64,000 bases of DNA from an uncultured Acidobacteriota bacterium (GTDB lineage: Bacteria > Acidobacteriota > Vicinamibacteria > Fen-336). The stretch lies in the NCBI GenBank assembly GCA_963720545.1, contig OY970399.1, positions 160,001-224,000 of the forward strand, in the 5' to 3' direction. Shown piece by piece: positions 1 to 9,378 of this stretch (position 1 is the stretch's first letter; each line of letters begins with the position of its first letter). Below the pieces are notes generated by a model. That model was not told the DNA's origin. It was given only the letters and a program-made list of their open reading frames with translations, and made no database searches. The position numbers and the translations under genes are program-made.

Positions 1-147
1 GGTCGCCCGCTGCTGCTGCTGGGCGCGCTGCTGTTCCTCACCGGCATCCTGCTCGTGAACTTCGGGTTGATGGGCGAAATGCTGATGCGCACCTATCACG
101 AGAGCCAGGACAAGCCGATCTACGTCCTCAAGGAGGAGATCGGCTGA
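1..147 (+). CDS. 3' end of GT2 polyprenyl-phosphate glycosyltransferase (ArnC/GtrB-like), partial
   Basis: Frame 1 reads GRPLLLLGALLFLTGILLVNFGLMGEMLMRTYHESQDKPIYVLKEEIG*, the typical C-terminal TM helix plus GE..R.Y.E...P.Y tail of this family. Confidence 0.8.
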   Translation, partial: GRPLLLLGALLFLTGILLVNFGLMGEMLMRTYHESQDKPIYVLKEEIG

Positions 148-1343
148 CGCGGGTCCTGTTCCTCGCCGAATCGTTCCATCCCGTGCTCGGCGGGGGCGAG
201 CGGCACCTGCGTTCCCTGGGCGCCGCACTCGTCGCGTCGGGCAGCGAGGCGGTCGTGGTCACGCGCCGCACCGATGCGGCGTGGCCGGCGGAAGAAGTGC
301 TCGACGGCATCGCGGTACGCCGCGTCGGGCCGGCCGGGCGTGGGCGCGCCGGCAAGTTCGCGATGGTGCCGGCAGCCCTTCGCGAAGTGCGCCGGCTCCG
401 CCACTCCTTCGACGTGCTGGTGGTGCGCGGTACGCGCGTCCTCGGCGCGCCGGCCGTGGCGCTCGCGCGCTGGATGCGCAAGCCGGTCATCCTGCAACCG
501 GAAGTGAACGGCGAGTTCTCCGGCGAGGTGTTCACCTGGGGCAAGCCGTGGGCGCGCGGCGTCGCCGGCCGGCTGGTGCGCGAGGCTGCGGCGCTGCGCC
601 TGCCCTGGCTCACCGATGCCGATGCGGTCGTCGCCATGTCGCACCTGATCGCGCACGAGGCGGGCCGCGCAGGCTTTGCGCGCGAGCGCATCCACCTCAT
701 TCCGCACGGCATCGATCTGGCGCGCTTCCATCCCGTGCCGCGCGCCGAGCGCGCCGCGATCAGGCGCCGCCTTGGCCTCGACGAGCGCATGTGGATCGTC
801 TCCACCGGCCGCCTGCTGCGCGGCAAGGGGCTCGAGAGCCTGGTCGATGCGTTCGCTTCGTTGCGCGAGCGCTTCCCGCGTGCGTCGCTGCACATCGTCG
901 GCTCCGGGGACGGGCAGCCACTCTCGATCGAGACGCAGCTGCGCTTGCGCGCTGCGAGCCTGGGAGACGCCGTGCGCTTCACCGGCCGTGTCGAAAACAT
1001 CGAGGAGTACCTGCAGGCGGCCGACGTGTTCGCGTTTCCCTCGGAGTACGAAGCGCTGGGGCTGTCCCTGATCGAAGCAGCCGCCTGCGGCCTGCCGTGC
1101 ATCGGCTCGCGTACGGGCGGCATCGTGGACGTCATCGACGACGGCGTCACCGGGCTGCTGGTGCCGCCGCGCGACACGCAGGCGCTTGCCGAGGCGCTCG
1201 CGCGCCTGCTCGCGGACGATCGCGAGACGGAAGCGTTGCGCGCTGCGTTCGGTGCGGCGGCGGCCGAACGGGCGCGCGCTGGTTTCGACGAGCGCCACGC
1301 ACTGGTCCGCTACCGCAGCCTGTTCGCCGAGACCTCGGCGTGA
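144..1343 (+). CDS. GT4 glycosyltransferase (probable CTG start at 144; first canonical start 183)
   Basis: N-terminal RVLFLAESFHPVLGGGE, C-terminal FPSEYEALGLSLIEAAACG (EX7E). SD AGGAGG at 131-136; CTG overlaps the upstream TGA. Confidence 0.9.
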   Translation: MTRVLFLAESFHPVLGGGERHLRSLGAALVASGSEAVVVTRRTDAAWPAEEVLDGIAVRRVGPAGRGRAGKFAMVPAALREVRRLRHSFDVLVVRGTRVLGAPAVALARWMRKPVILQPEVNGEFSGEVFTWGKPWARGVAGRLVREAAALRLPWLTDADAVVAMSHLIAHEAGRAGFARERIHLIPHGIDLARFHPVPRAERAAIRRRLGLDERMWIVSTGRLLRGKGLESLVDAFASLRERFPRASLHIVGSGDGQPLSIETQLRLRAASLGDAVRFTGRVENIEEYLQAADVFAFPSEYEALGLSLIEAAACGLPCIGSRTGGIVDVIDDGVTGLLVPPRDTQALAEALARLLADDRETEALRAAFGAAAAERARAGFDERHALVRYRSLFAETSA

Positions 1344-2332
1344 AGATTGCGCTGACCGGTGCCACCGGCTACGCCGGCGGGCATCTTCTGGCGGCGTTCC
1401 TGCGCCGCGGCGACGAGGTTGCAGCGCTCGTCCGGCCTGCGGCGCTCGAAGGCGGATGGAAGGCGCCCGATGCGCGCGTGCCGGTGCGCGTGGTCGCGGG
1501 CGACCTGCTCGATGCGGCGGCAATCGGCGAGCTGGTTGCCGGCGCCGAAGCCGTCGTGCACGTCGCTGCCGTCTACCGCACCGCGGGACATCCCGATTCG
1601 TATTACCGCGAGATCAACGTCGCGGGCACCGAGATGCTGTTCGACGCCGCGGCGCGCGAAGGCGTCGGGCGCTTCGTCCACACATCGACGGTTGGCGTGC
1701 ACGGTGACATCGACAAACCACCTGCCGACGAGACGGCGCCGCTGCGCCCGGGCGACATCTACCAGCTCACCAAGGCGGAAGCGGAGCAGGTGGTGCTGCG
1801 CGCGGGCGGGCACCGCGGTGTGCCGGTCGTCGTGGTTCGACCGGGCGCCATCTACGGTCCGGGTGAACGCCGCCTGCTGAAGCTCTTTCGCGCGATCGCC
1901 CGGCGGCGGTACGCGGTCGTAGGCAGCGGCAAGCCGTTCTACCACCCGGTCTTCATCGACGACCTGGTGGACGGCTATGTACTGGCGCTGGCTCGGCCCG
2001 AGGCGGTGGGCGAGGCCTTCATCGTCGCGGGCCCTGCCTACGCGAGCCAGGATGAGCTCGCGGCGATGATCGCGCGCCACACCGGTGGCTCGGTACTGCC
2101 CTTCCACGTGCCGGCCTGGCCGCTGCAGGCCGCGGGTGCCGTGGTCGAAGCCATGTGCGTGCCGCTCGGTCTCGAACCGCCGATCCACCGGCGCCGCGTC
2201 GAGTTCTGGGTGAAAAGTCGCGCGTTCTCGATCGCCAAGGCGCGGCGCCTGCTTGGCTACGCGCCGCAGGTCGGCCTCGACGAAGGCATCCGCAGGACCG
2301 CAGAGTCTTACCGCGCGGCGGGTTGGTTGTGA
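1340..2332 (+). CDS. NAD-dependent epimerase/dehydratase (extended SDR)
   Basis: GTG start in a GTGA overlap; TGATGYAG Rossmann motif, YQLTK (YxxxK), RPGAIYGP. Confidence 0.9.
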   Translation: MKIALTGATGYAGGHLLAAFLRRGDEVAALVRPAALEGGWKAPDARVPVRVVAGDLLDAAAIGELVAGAEAVVHVAAVYRTAGHPDSYYREINVAGTEMLFDAAAREGVGRFVHTSTVGVHGDIDKPPADETAPLRPGDIYQLTKAEAEQVVLRAGGHRGVPVVVVRPGAIYGPGERRLLKLFRAIARRRYAVVGSGKPFYHPVFIDDLVDGYVLALARPEAVGEAFIVAGPAYASQDELAAMIARHTGGSVLPFHVPAWPLQAAGAVVEAMCVPLGLEPPIHRRRVEFWVKSRAFSIAKARRLLGYAPQVGLDEGIRRTAESYRAAGWL

Positions 2333-4224
2333 CGAGTGCCTGGCCGGCACGCATCGCGTGGCTGCTGGCGGCCGCGCTCACGGCCGCCGGCCTCGCCGTG
2401 AATTTACCCGCGGCCACCGGTAAGCGCTTCTTCGGCGACAGTGCGACCTACTACGCGATGGGCTGGAGCCTCGCCGACGACGCCGACCTGCGGTTCCTGC
2501 CGCAGGATCTCGCGCGCGTGCAGCGCGAGTATCCCGAAGGGCCGCAGGGCATCTTCCTGAAGCGCGCGGGCGGCGGCTTCACGTTTGATACGGCGGCGGG
2601 TTTTCCGTGGGTCCGCAAGCTGAGCTGGCAGAACCCCGACGAGCGTCGTATTTATTACGCGAAGCCGATCACCTATCCGCTCGCGGTCTGGCCGTTCGTC
2701 AAGGCTTTCGGCACGCGCGGCTTCGTGCTCTTCAATGGGCTGTGCCTCGGCCTGGCCCTGGTCCTCGGGTTCCGCGAATTGCAGCACCGCGTGCATCCGT
2801 GGGCCGCACTCGCGTTTGCGGCGTGCCTGTACCTGCTGAGCGCGGCGCCGCTCTACCTCATCTGGACGACGCCCGAGGTCTTTTACCTGTTCCTCGCAAC
2901 CGCGGGGCTCGTCGCGTGGAGTCGTGGCCGGCCGTACCTCGCTGCGCTCCTCTTCGGCATCGCGATCTACTCGAAGCTGTCGAACCTGTGGCTGGCGCTA
3001 CCGCTTGGCCTCGAGCCACTGCGCCTGTGGCGCTTCCAGGGACCGGCAGGGGTCGTAAGAGAACTGCTGCGCCGCGGCGCGGTGCTGGCGCTGGCCACGG
3101 GCCTGCTGTTCGCGGCCAACCGCGCGATCACCGGTGAGTGGTACTACCAGGGCGGAGCGGAGCGCAAGACCTTCTACGGCACGTTCCCTTACGAGGGACG
3201 TACCACGTTCGGCAACAGCGGCATCTGGATGTCGGCGAACCAGCTGGGCGCGCGCGTGGCGGGCGAAGACGACGTGCCGGTGGACCAGGGCGCCGAACCA
3301 CCGCGCAGCGCCGCCGAGTACCGCCAGTCGTTCCTCTGGAACCTCGGCCACTTCTGGTGGGGGCGCTTTGCCGGCGTGCTCGGGTACTTCCCGGCGATGT
3401 TCGTTGCGGTCCTCGCTTATCTTCTCGGCCGCAACCGCGACGGGCGCGGCCTGCTCGCGCTGGCGGCGCTCGTCGTGTCCTGGCTCTTCTACATCGACCG
3501 CATCCCCGACAACTGGTACGGCGGCAGCGGCGCCGTGGGCAACCGCTACTTCCTCAACCTCCTGCCGCTCGCGCTCTACATGGTGCCGAGCGGCATGGTG
3601 CGCCTGACGACGGCTGGCGGAGCGCTGCTCGCCGGCCTCTTCCTCGTGCCGCTGCTTGCTCATCCTGTGCGCAGCGCCGTCAGCCCGGGCTGGTGGACGG
3701 CGCACGGGCTGTGGCGCCGCCTGCCCGCCGAGCTCGCGATGCTGAACGACCTTTCGATCTTCGCCGAGCCGTGGCGCAAGAAGGTGCCGTTCGGCAACAC
3801 CGAAGGCGACGTAAGGCGCCACGCCCCTGCCGATCCAACGGCTTACTATCTCTACTTCAGCGACGACGGCACGTTCTTCAAGGAGACCGCCTTCGAGCGC
3901 GAAGGCTTCTGGCTGAAGGGCGGCGAGCGCACCGAAATCATCCTGCGTGCGCTCGAACCGGTGACCGCGATCCACGCACGCGTCACCGCGGGACCGGCCG
4001 GCGACACGGTTTCCCTCGGCTCGGCCGCGGCATCTGCCAAAACCGAACTGCGGCCCAATGCCGCGGGCGAACTGCGCATCGCACCCGGCGCGCCGTTCGT
4101 CTACAAGGACAGCTTCGTCTACGTGTTGAAGGCCGCGTCCGCGCGCGGCGCCGGCACCGCGAAAGACCCGCGCAGCCTGGGCACCTTCGTCAGCATCGAG
4201 CTCGAGACCGCGCCGCGGCGCTGA
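2329..4224 (+). CDS. Polytopic membrane protein, probable GT-C fold glycosyltransferase with C-terminal soluble domain
   Basis: About 10 hydrophobic segments; acidic GDSATYY motif after TM1; WYGG..VGNRYF motif; located in a glycosyltransferase cluster. Confidence 0.6.
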   Translation: MTSAWPARIAWLLAAALTAAGLAVNLPAATGKRFFGDSATYYAMGWSLADDADLRFLPQDLARVQREYPEGPQGIFLKRAGGGFTFDTAAGFPWVRKLSWQNPDERRIYYAKPITYPLAVWPFVKAFGTRGFVLFNGLCLGLALVLGFRELQHRVHPWAALAFAACLYLLSAAPLYLIWTTPEVFYLFLATAGLVAWSRGRPYLAALLFGIAIYSKLSNLWLALPLGLEPLRLWRFQGPAGVVRELLRRGAVLALATGLLFAANRAITGEWYYQGGAERKTFYGTFPYEGRTTFGNSGIWMSANQLGARVAGEDDVPVDQGAEPPRSAAEYRQSFLWNLGHFWWGRFAGVLGYFPAMFVAVLAYLLGRNRDGRGLLALAALVVSWLFYIDRIPDNWYGGSGAVGNRYFLNLLPLALYMVPSGMVRLTTAGGALLAGLFLVPLLAHPVRSAVSPGWWTAHGLWRRLPAELAMLNDLSIFAEPWRKKVPFGNTEGDVRRHAPADPTAYYLYFSDDGTFFKETAFEREGFWLKGGERTEIILRALEPVTAIHARVTAGPAGDTVSLGSAAASAKTELRPNAAGELRIAPGAPFVYKDSFVYVLKAASARGAGTAKDPRSLGTFVSIELETAPRR

Positions 4225-5310
4225 TCAGCGCGGCTTTGCCGAAGCCGTGGCCGAAGCCTCCGCGTATGCGGCAGCGATCCCCGGACCCGAGACGTAGTTG
4301 TCGAATGCAAAGCCCCAGCCGTGCGAATCGCCGGCGATCGCCTTGCGGAACTCCGCGAGGTCAACGCTCTTGCGCGCCTGCTCCAGCGTCTCGCCGCGCG
4401 CGACGGCGGCGGCGACCTGGTCGCGAATCGAATCGAGCAGCCGCAGCACCAGGCGCGGATAGGCGTCGTCGCCATTCCGCCACACCGGCCCGTGGCCGGG
4501 AACGATGATGTCCGGCTTCAGCTCGAGCGCCTTGCGCAGCGTGGTCGCGAAGTCGGCCGGGTGCGAGGTGGAGCCGACGAGCGGCACCGGCCACGACACC
4601 AGGTCGCCGACGAGCAGGATCCTCTCTTTCGGCAGGTGCACCACGAGGTCGGTGCCTGTGTGGCCGCGCCCGAGGTAGAGGACCTCGATGGTGCGCGCTC
4701 CGTGCTGCAGCACCAGCTTGTCGTCGAGCGTGAGCGTGGGCGTGATCACCGGCGTTGCCGCCCACTCGGTCGCGGCCTTGTCGGCGAGAACGGCATCGCT
4801 CAGATAGGAGAGGCGCTCCTGCTCGCTGAGCGGCGAGCCGTCGAGCGTCTTCTTCTCTTCGACCAGTGTGCGCAGGTGCTTCGCGAACCCGCCGGCGTTC
4901 TTGATGTAGCCCGCGCGGTTCTCGGCACCGGTCGACAACATCTCCTCGGCGGTGCGCGTCTGGCCGACGAACACGACACCGGGGAAGGCCTCGCGATAGA
5001 CGGCGTTGCCGGTGTGGTGATCGTCGTGCCAATGCGTGTTCACCACGTGGGTCACCGTCTTGTTCGTGACCTTGCGCATCGCCGCGATCACTTCGCGCGC
5101 CGATGAAGGCGCCACGTTCGTGTCCACCACCACGACACCGGCATCGTCCACGATCCAGATGCTGTTCGAGTCGAAGGCAAGTCCGGGCGGCTCGGTCCGC
5201 AGCGCCGCATAGACGCCGTCCGCAATCTTCTCGACCTTGAAGGACGGCGCCGGCGACGGTGTCGCCGCCACCGCCGCAACGCCAAGTGCCAGTAAGTGAT
5301 TCAATAACAT
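4225..5310 (-). CDS. Secreted metallo-beta-lactamase-fold hydrolase
   Basis: Signal peptide; THWHDDH (HxHxDH), GHTGTD, GDL and PGHG motifs. Confidence 0.85.
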   Translation of the reverse strand: MLLNHLLALGVAAVAATPSPAPSFKVEKIADGVYAALRTEPPGLAFDSNSIWIVDDAGVVVVDTNVAPSSAREVIAAMRKVTNKTVTHVVNTHWHDDHHTGNAVYREAFPGVVFVGQTRTAEEMLSTGAENRAGYIKNAGGFAKHLRTLVEEKKTLDGSPLSEQERLSYLSDAVLADKAATEWAATPVITPTLTLDDKLVLQHGARTIEVLYLGRGHTGTDLVVHLPKERILLVGDLVSWPVPLVGSTSHPADFATTLRKALELKPDIIVPGHGPVWRNGDDAYPRLVLRLLDSIRDQVAAAVARGETLEQARKSVDLAEFRKAIAGDSHGWGFAFDNYVSGPGIAAAYAEASATASAKPR

Positions 5311-5402
5311 GTACTTACGCTCTCCAGGAAGAGCTTAGCGCACGACCGCCCGAGGCGAGCGAAGCTCGCCGAGTCCCCGGGAGGCTCGTTAGTCCAGCGC
5401 GA

Positions 5403-6452
5403 TTACCGCCTTCCAAATCTCCTGGTCCATTTGCGGCGGAGGATCGTGGTGAGTGAGCGGCGGCCCTTGCCGGGGAGCAGCTCGACGTAGTCCTCGCCGA
5501 TGCGGGCGATGCGGCGCGGGTCGCCGCCGGGGCGGGTGATGGCGGTGCCCGGGACCTTGCCGCAGAACGCCGTTTCGTAGCCGGCTTCGATCGCGAGCGC
5601 TTCGGCAGTGGGGCCCGACAGGTGCCACGGGTAGCAGAGGTGGCGCACGGGGCGGCCGGTGTGCTGCTCGATCGTCGACTTCGATTCGACCAGTTCGCGG
5701 CGGATCGCGGCCCGGCGTTCGTCGTCGGTCTCGAACCGGCCGGGCAGCGTTGCGCCGACTGCGGCGCCGGCACGAGCGGCTTCTTCCTCGATGAAGCGGG
5801 GGGCTTCGCCGAGGCGCGGCGCCGACTCGAGGAGCGGTGTGCCGGCGGGCACGTCCGCGGCCAGCAGGTCGCGGCCGGCGACGCGAATGAGGGGCACGTC
5901 CATGGCGTCGTAGCCAAGCTGCATTGCGGGCTGCAGCGTCGCGACCACGCGGCCGCTCGTGTGGATGCGGGCATGGGTGAGCGAATGGCTCTCGATGTCG
6001 AACAGGCCGGACTCGACGAGCGTCGCGACGTCGTTCCAGGCGAGAAAGCCGTCGATGCGGTTGGTGCCGCGCGCATCCGATTGCGGGGTCCGGCCGGGCA
6101 CCAGGAACACGATGCCCTTCAGCCCGAACCGTTTCATGATCGGCAGGCCGTCGGTGAGCACGCTGCGCCGGCCGTCGTCGAAGGTGAGGACCACGGCTTT
6201 GGGAGGAGCGGGCTCGCCGCCGGCGATGATCGCCAGGTATTCGGCCGCCGACAACGCCTGGTAACCGTTCGCGGCCAGGTATTCGGCCTTCCGGCCGAAG
6301 TCCTCGGGCGCGATGCTGTGGAACACGAACACCGGGATGTCGCCCTGCGGCAGCGGACCGCCGGTGACGAACGGCGGGTAGCGGCGCAACAGCAGGTCGC
6401 GCGGCACCTCGAGGGCGGCTCCCAGGCGTCCGGGTTCGCCGAATTCGGTCAT
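5403..6452 (-). CDS. Polysaccharide deacetylase (CE4/NodB-like)
   Basis: VLTFDDG, ESHSLTH and LCYPW motifs; ATG at 6452 overlaps the upstream stop. Confidence 0.85.
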   Translation of the reverse strand: MTEFGEPGRLGAALEVPRDLLLRRYPPFVTGGPLPQGDIPVFVFHSIAPEDFGRKAEYLAANGYQALSAAEYLAIIAGGEPAPPKAVVLTFDDGRRSVLTDGLPIMKRFGLKGIVFLVPGRTPQSDARGTNRIDGFLAWNDVATLVESGLFDIESHSLTHARIHTSGRVVATLQPAMQLGYDAMDVPLIRVAGRDLLAADVPAGTPLLESAPRLGEAPRFIEEEAARAGAAVGATLPGRFETDDERRAAIRRELVESKSTIEQHTGRPVRHLCYPWHLSGPTAEALAIEAGYETAFCGKVPGTAITRPGGDPRRIARIGEDYVELLPGKGRRSLTTILRRKWTRRFGRR

Positions 6453-7591
6453 GCGCTCCGTTCCGACGCGGCGAGCGCAAGGGCTTCGTCGTAGATCGTC
6501 TCCAGCTGGCGCACGCACTCGTCCACGTCGTAGCGCGCCGACTCGCGGCTCGCGGCTTCGGCGAGATCGTCAGCCAGCACGCTGTCGCCGAGCACGCGGT
6601 GGATGGCGGCGGCGAGGCGCACCGGATCGGACGGAGGCACCAGCAGCGCGGTGCGCCCGTCCTCCAGGATCTCGCCGCAACCGTCCACATCGGTGGAGAC
6701 GATCGTCTTGCCCGAAGCCATGGCTTCGAAGAGCGCCAGCGGCGTGCCCTCGTAGAGCGATGCGATCGCGAGCACGTCGATCGCGGCCAGCGCCGTCGCC
6801 ACGTCCGGTTCATGGCCTGCGAACACGACGGCGTTCGAGATGGCGAGCCGCGCGGCCATGTCGTGCATCTCGTCCATCAGTTCGCCGTCGCCAACCACCA
6901 GGAAGCGGACTTCGGGCCGCTCCTTGTTGACGAGCGCCGCCGCCTCCAGGAAGTAGCGGTGGCCTTTCTGCTCGCTCAGCCTGCCGACGATGCCGACGAC
7001 CGGCGCCGCGTCGGAGATGCGGTGGCGCTGGCGGTATTCGCCGCGCGCCTGTGCGCCGCGCGGCGCGAATTCGGCGAGCGGCGCGCCGTTCCAGACGACG
7101 CGGACCCGTTCCCGCGGCACGCTGCGTTCGTCCACGAGGAAGTCGGCGGTGGAGCCGCTGACGGCCACCGCGCGGTGCGTGTAGGAACGAAGCACGCGGT
7201 CCGCGAGCCGCTGGTAGGGCGGCATGCGCGGATCGGCGAAGTGCTCGTGCAGGACCAGCGCGGCGCCGATGCGACGCGCCACGACCCGCCCGTAGTCGGC
7301 GGCGGCATAACCGTGGACGTGCAGCACCTTTGCTTCGCGCTCTCGCGCCAGCTTGGTGAGGTCGCCGAGAAGCCGCGGATCGAAGGGGCTGCGGCCGAGG
7401 TGCGTCACCGGGATGCCGGCGCCCTTCAGCAACTGCGAAGCGGCTTCCGGCTGCTTCAGGCCGCACAGGCTCACGGCAAAGCGTTCGGAGAAGCGGGGAA
7501 ACCACCACGAGAAGAGCCGCGACACGCCGTGGATGCTCGAGCCGCCGACGCCGAACTTGTCGCACACGTGCAGCACCGCCGTCCGGCTCAC
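6449..7591 (-). CDS. GT4 glycosyltransferase
   Basis: GTG start in a GTGA overlap; GRLSEQKG and SLYEGTPLALFEAMASG (EX7E). Confidence 0.9.
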   Translation of the reverse strand: MSRTAVLHVCDKFGVGGSSIHGVSRLFSWWFPRFSERFAVSLCGLKQPEAASQLLKGAGIPVTHLGRSPFDPRLLGDLTKLAREREAKVLHVHGYAAADYGRVVARRIGAALVLHEHFADPRMPPYQRLADRVLRSYTHRAVAVSGSTADFLVDERSVPRERVRVVWNGAPLAEFAPRGAQARGEYRQRHRISDAAPVVGIVGRLSEQKGHRYFLEAAALVNKERPEVRFLVVGDGELMDEMHDMAARLAISNAVVFAGHEPDVATALAAIDVLAIASLYEGTPLALFEAMASGKTIVSTDVDGCGEILEDGRTALLVPPSDPVRLAAAIHRVLGDSVLADDLAEAASRESARYDVDECVRQLETIYDEALALAASERSA

Positions 7592-8541
7592 TGTGCGCGC
7601 TGCTCCTCGTTGCGGCCCGCCCAGACGATGGCGCCGGAAAGCGAAAGCAGGACGATGAGCCCCGCGCCGACCAGGCTGAACGCGAGCGCGCTGTCGCGCG
7701 GCAGTCCGACCTGCGCGAAGTAAACGATGTAGAGCCCTTCGCGCACGCCCCAGCCGTTGAACGAGATCGGCAGCGCCTGAACCAGGATGCAGAGCGGCAC
7801 CATCAGGAAGCAGGCGGCAAGGCTCAGCGGAATGCGCAGCCCGTGCGCCACCAGGTAGTAGTAGCAGACGAGCAACCCCTGCAGCGCCAGGCTGCCGGCG
7901 AACGCGAGCCAGACGACGCCGACCCGGCGGCGATAGACGTGCACCGCGGCCTGTACGACCTCGAAACGCTCGCGGGCGAACTTCCAGAGGCTGAGGCGCG
8001 AGAGCTCCATCAAGCGGCGCGCGATTCCCGGCATGAAGAACACGAGTGCCAGGCCCGCGAACACGGCACCGAGGCCGAACACCACGACCCGCGCGCCCGC
8101 CAGGTGGCGCACCAGCGGCCCGCCGGTGATGTAGGCGCACGCGGCGAGCGCATAGAGCGCGGCGAAGCCCAGGATGCGGTCGATGCCGACGACCGCGAGC
8201 GACGTCGTCGCCGAGCCGGTGAGCCGGGCGCTGTCGCGCACCCGGATCAGGTCGCCGCCGATGTTGCTCGGCAGGAAGTTGTTGAAGAAGGTCGCAACCA
8301 GGTACGACGCCGAGAGCGGGCCGAACGCCGCCGCGAAACCCTGGGCGCGCAGCAGCAGGTGCCACCGCCACATGCAGATGAGCAGCATCAGCATGTACAG
8401 GACCACGGCGCCGGCGAGCAGCAGGGGATCGCCGTTGCGGATGCGGTTGAAGAGCGCCGGCAGGTCGGCGGTGGTCAGCAAGTACGCGAGGAGCGCGAGG
8501 CTGATCGCGATCTTGGCCGCCAGGAATAGGTTCTTGCTCAA
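7588..8541 (-). CDS. LPG-synthase TM / UPF0104 flippase-like membrane protein
   Basis: FFNNFLPSNIGGD, DRILG and PISFNGWGVREG motifs; multiple TM segments. Confidence 0.85.
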   Translation of the reverse strand: MSKNLFLAAKIAISLALLAYLLTTADLPALFNRIRNGDPLLLAGAVVLYMLMLLICMWRWHLLLRAQGFAAAFGPLSASYLVATFFNNFLPSNIGGDLIRVRDSARLTGSATTSLAVVGIDRILGFAALYALAACAYITGGPLVRHLAGARVVVFGLGAVFAGLALVFFMPGIARRLMELSRLSLWKFARERFEVVQAAVHVYRRRVGVVWLAFAGSLALQGLLVCYYYLVAHGLRIPLSLAACFLMVPLCILVQALPISFNGWGVREGLYIVYFAQVGLPRDSALAFSLVGAGLIVLLSLSGAIVWAGRNEEQRAQ

Positions 8542-8616
8542 GCAGGGGTTCGCCCCGGTTACCGGGTCAACTTGGAGGGCATGCTACAGTACCGGCAAGT
8601 TGACGGCAAAGTCCTG

Positions 8617-9378
8617 ATGACAACAGACTTGAGCGGCGAAACGGGCATCCAGGAAGCGCACCGGTCGGCCTCACGTTCGGCCGCCTCCCGCTACCGCGAC
8701 CTGGTCGTCGGACGGCCCGGCGTCGGCGCCCTGGTCCTCTACGAACTCGTCGTCCTTCTGACCTCCGGGGTTCCGGGCGCCCTCGGCCTGCTCCTTCGCA
8801 AGTTCTCCTACCCGCTCATCCTCGGCCGCGTTGGCCGCAACGTCGCCTTCGGCAGGGGCGTGACGCTCCGCCATCCGCACAAGATCCGTCTCGGCGACAA
8901 CGTGGTGGTGGACGACAACGTGCTGCTCGACGCCAAGGGGGAGAGCAACGAGGGCATCGCCATCGGCGACTCGGTGTTCCTCGGCCGCAACACCATCCTC
9001 TCGTGCAAGAACGGCGACATCGTCCTCGGCGACCACGTGAACCTCGGCTTCAACTGCGAGATCTTCTCCGGTTCGAAGGTGGTCGTGGGCCCGTACGGCC
9101 TGTTCGCCGCTTACTCTTATCTGGTGGGCGGCGGCCACGAGTTCTCTGCCGCGGCGACGCCGGTCATCGAGCAGCAGCGCGTCTCTTCGGGCATCACCCT
9201 CGGCCGCAACGTCTGGCTCGGCACCGGCAGCAAGGTGCTGGACGGTGTTTCGATCGGCGACGACGTCGTGATCGGCGCCAACGCCGTGGTGAACGAGGAC
9301 CTGCCGGCGGGTGTAGTGGCAGCGGGCATTCCCGCGCGCGTGCTGCGCCAGCGCACCCCGGTGCCAAGCGGCGAATGA
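8617..9378 (+). CDS. Hexapeptide-repeat (left-handed beta-helix) sugar O-acyltransferase
   Basis: Repeated [LIV]G.... hexads; IGANAVV...AAGIPAR C-terminus. Confidence 0.85.
   Translation: MTTDLSGETGIQEAHRSASRSAASRYRDLVVGRPGVGALVLYELVVLLTSGVPGALGLLLRKFSYPLILGRVGRNVAFGRGVTLRHPHKIRLGDNVVVDDNVLLDAKGESNEGIAIGDSVFLGRNTILSCKNGDIVLGDHVNLGFNCEIFSGSKVVVGPYGLFAAYSYLVGGGHEFSAAATPVIEQQRVSSGITLGRNVWLGTGSKVLDGVSIGDDVVIGANAVVNEDLPAGVVAAGIPARVLRQRTPVPSGE

Noticed and set aside
4225..5310. MBL protein as an antibiotic-resistance beta-lactamase
   Set aside because: HxHxDH is shared across the superfamily; its length and helical insertion fit uncharacterised cyclase/glyoxalase-II-like hydrolases.
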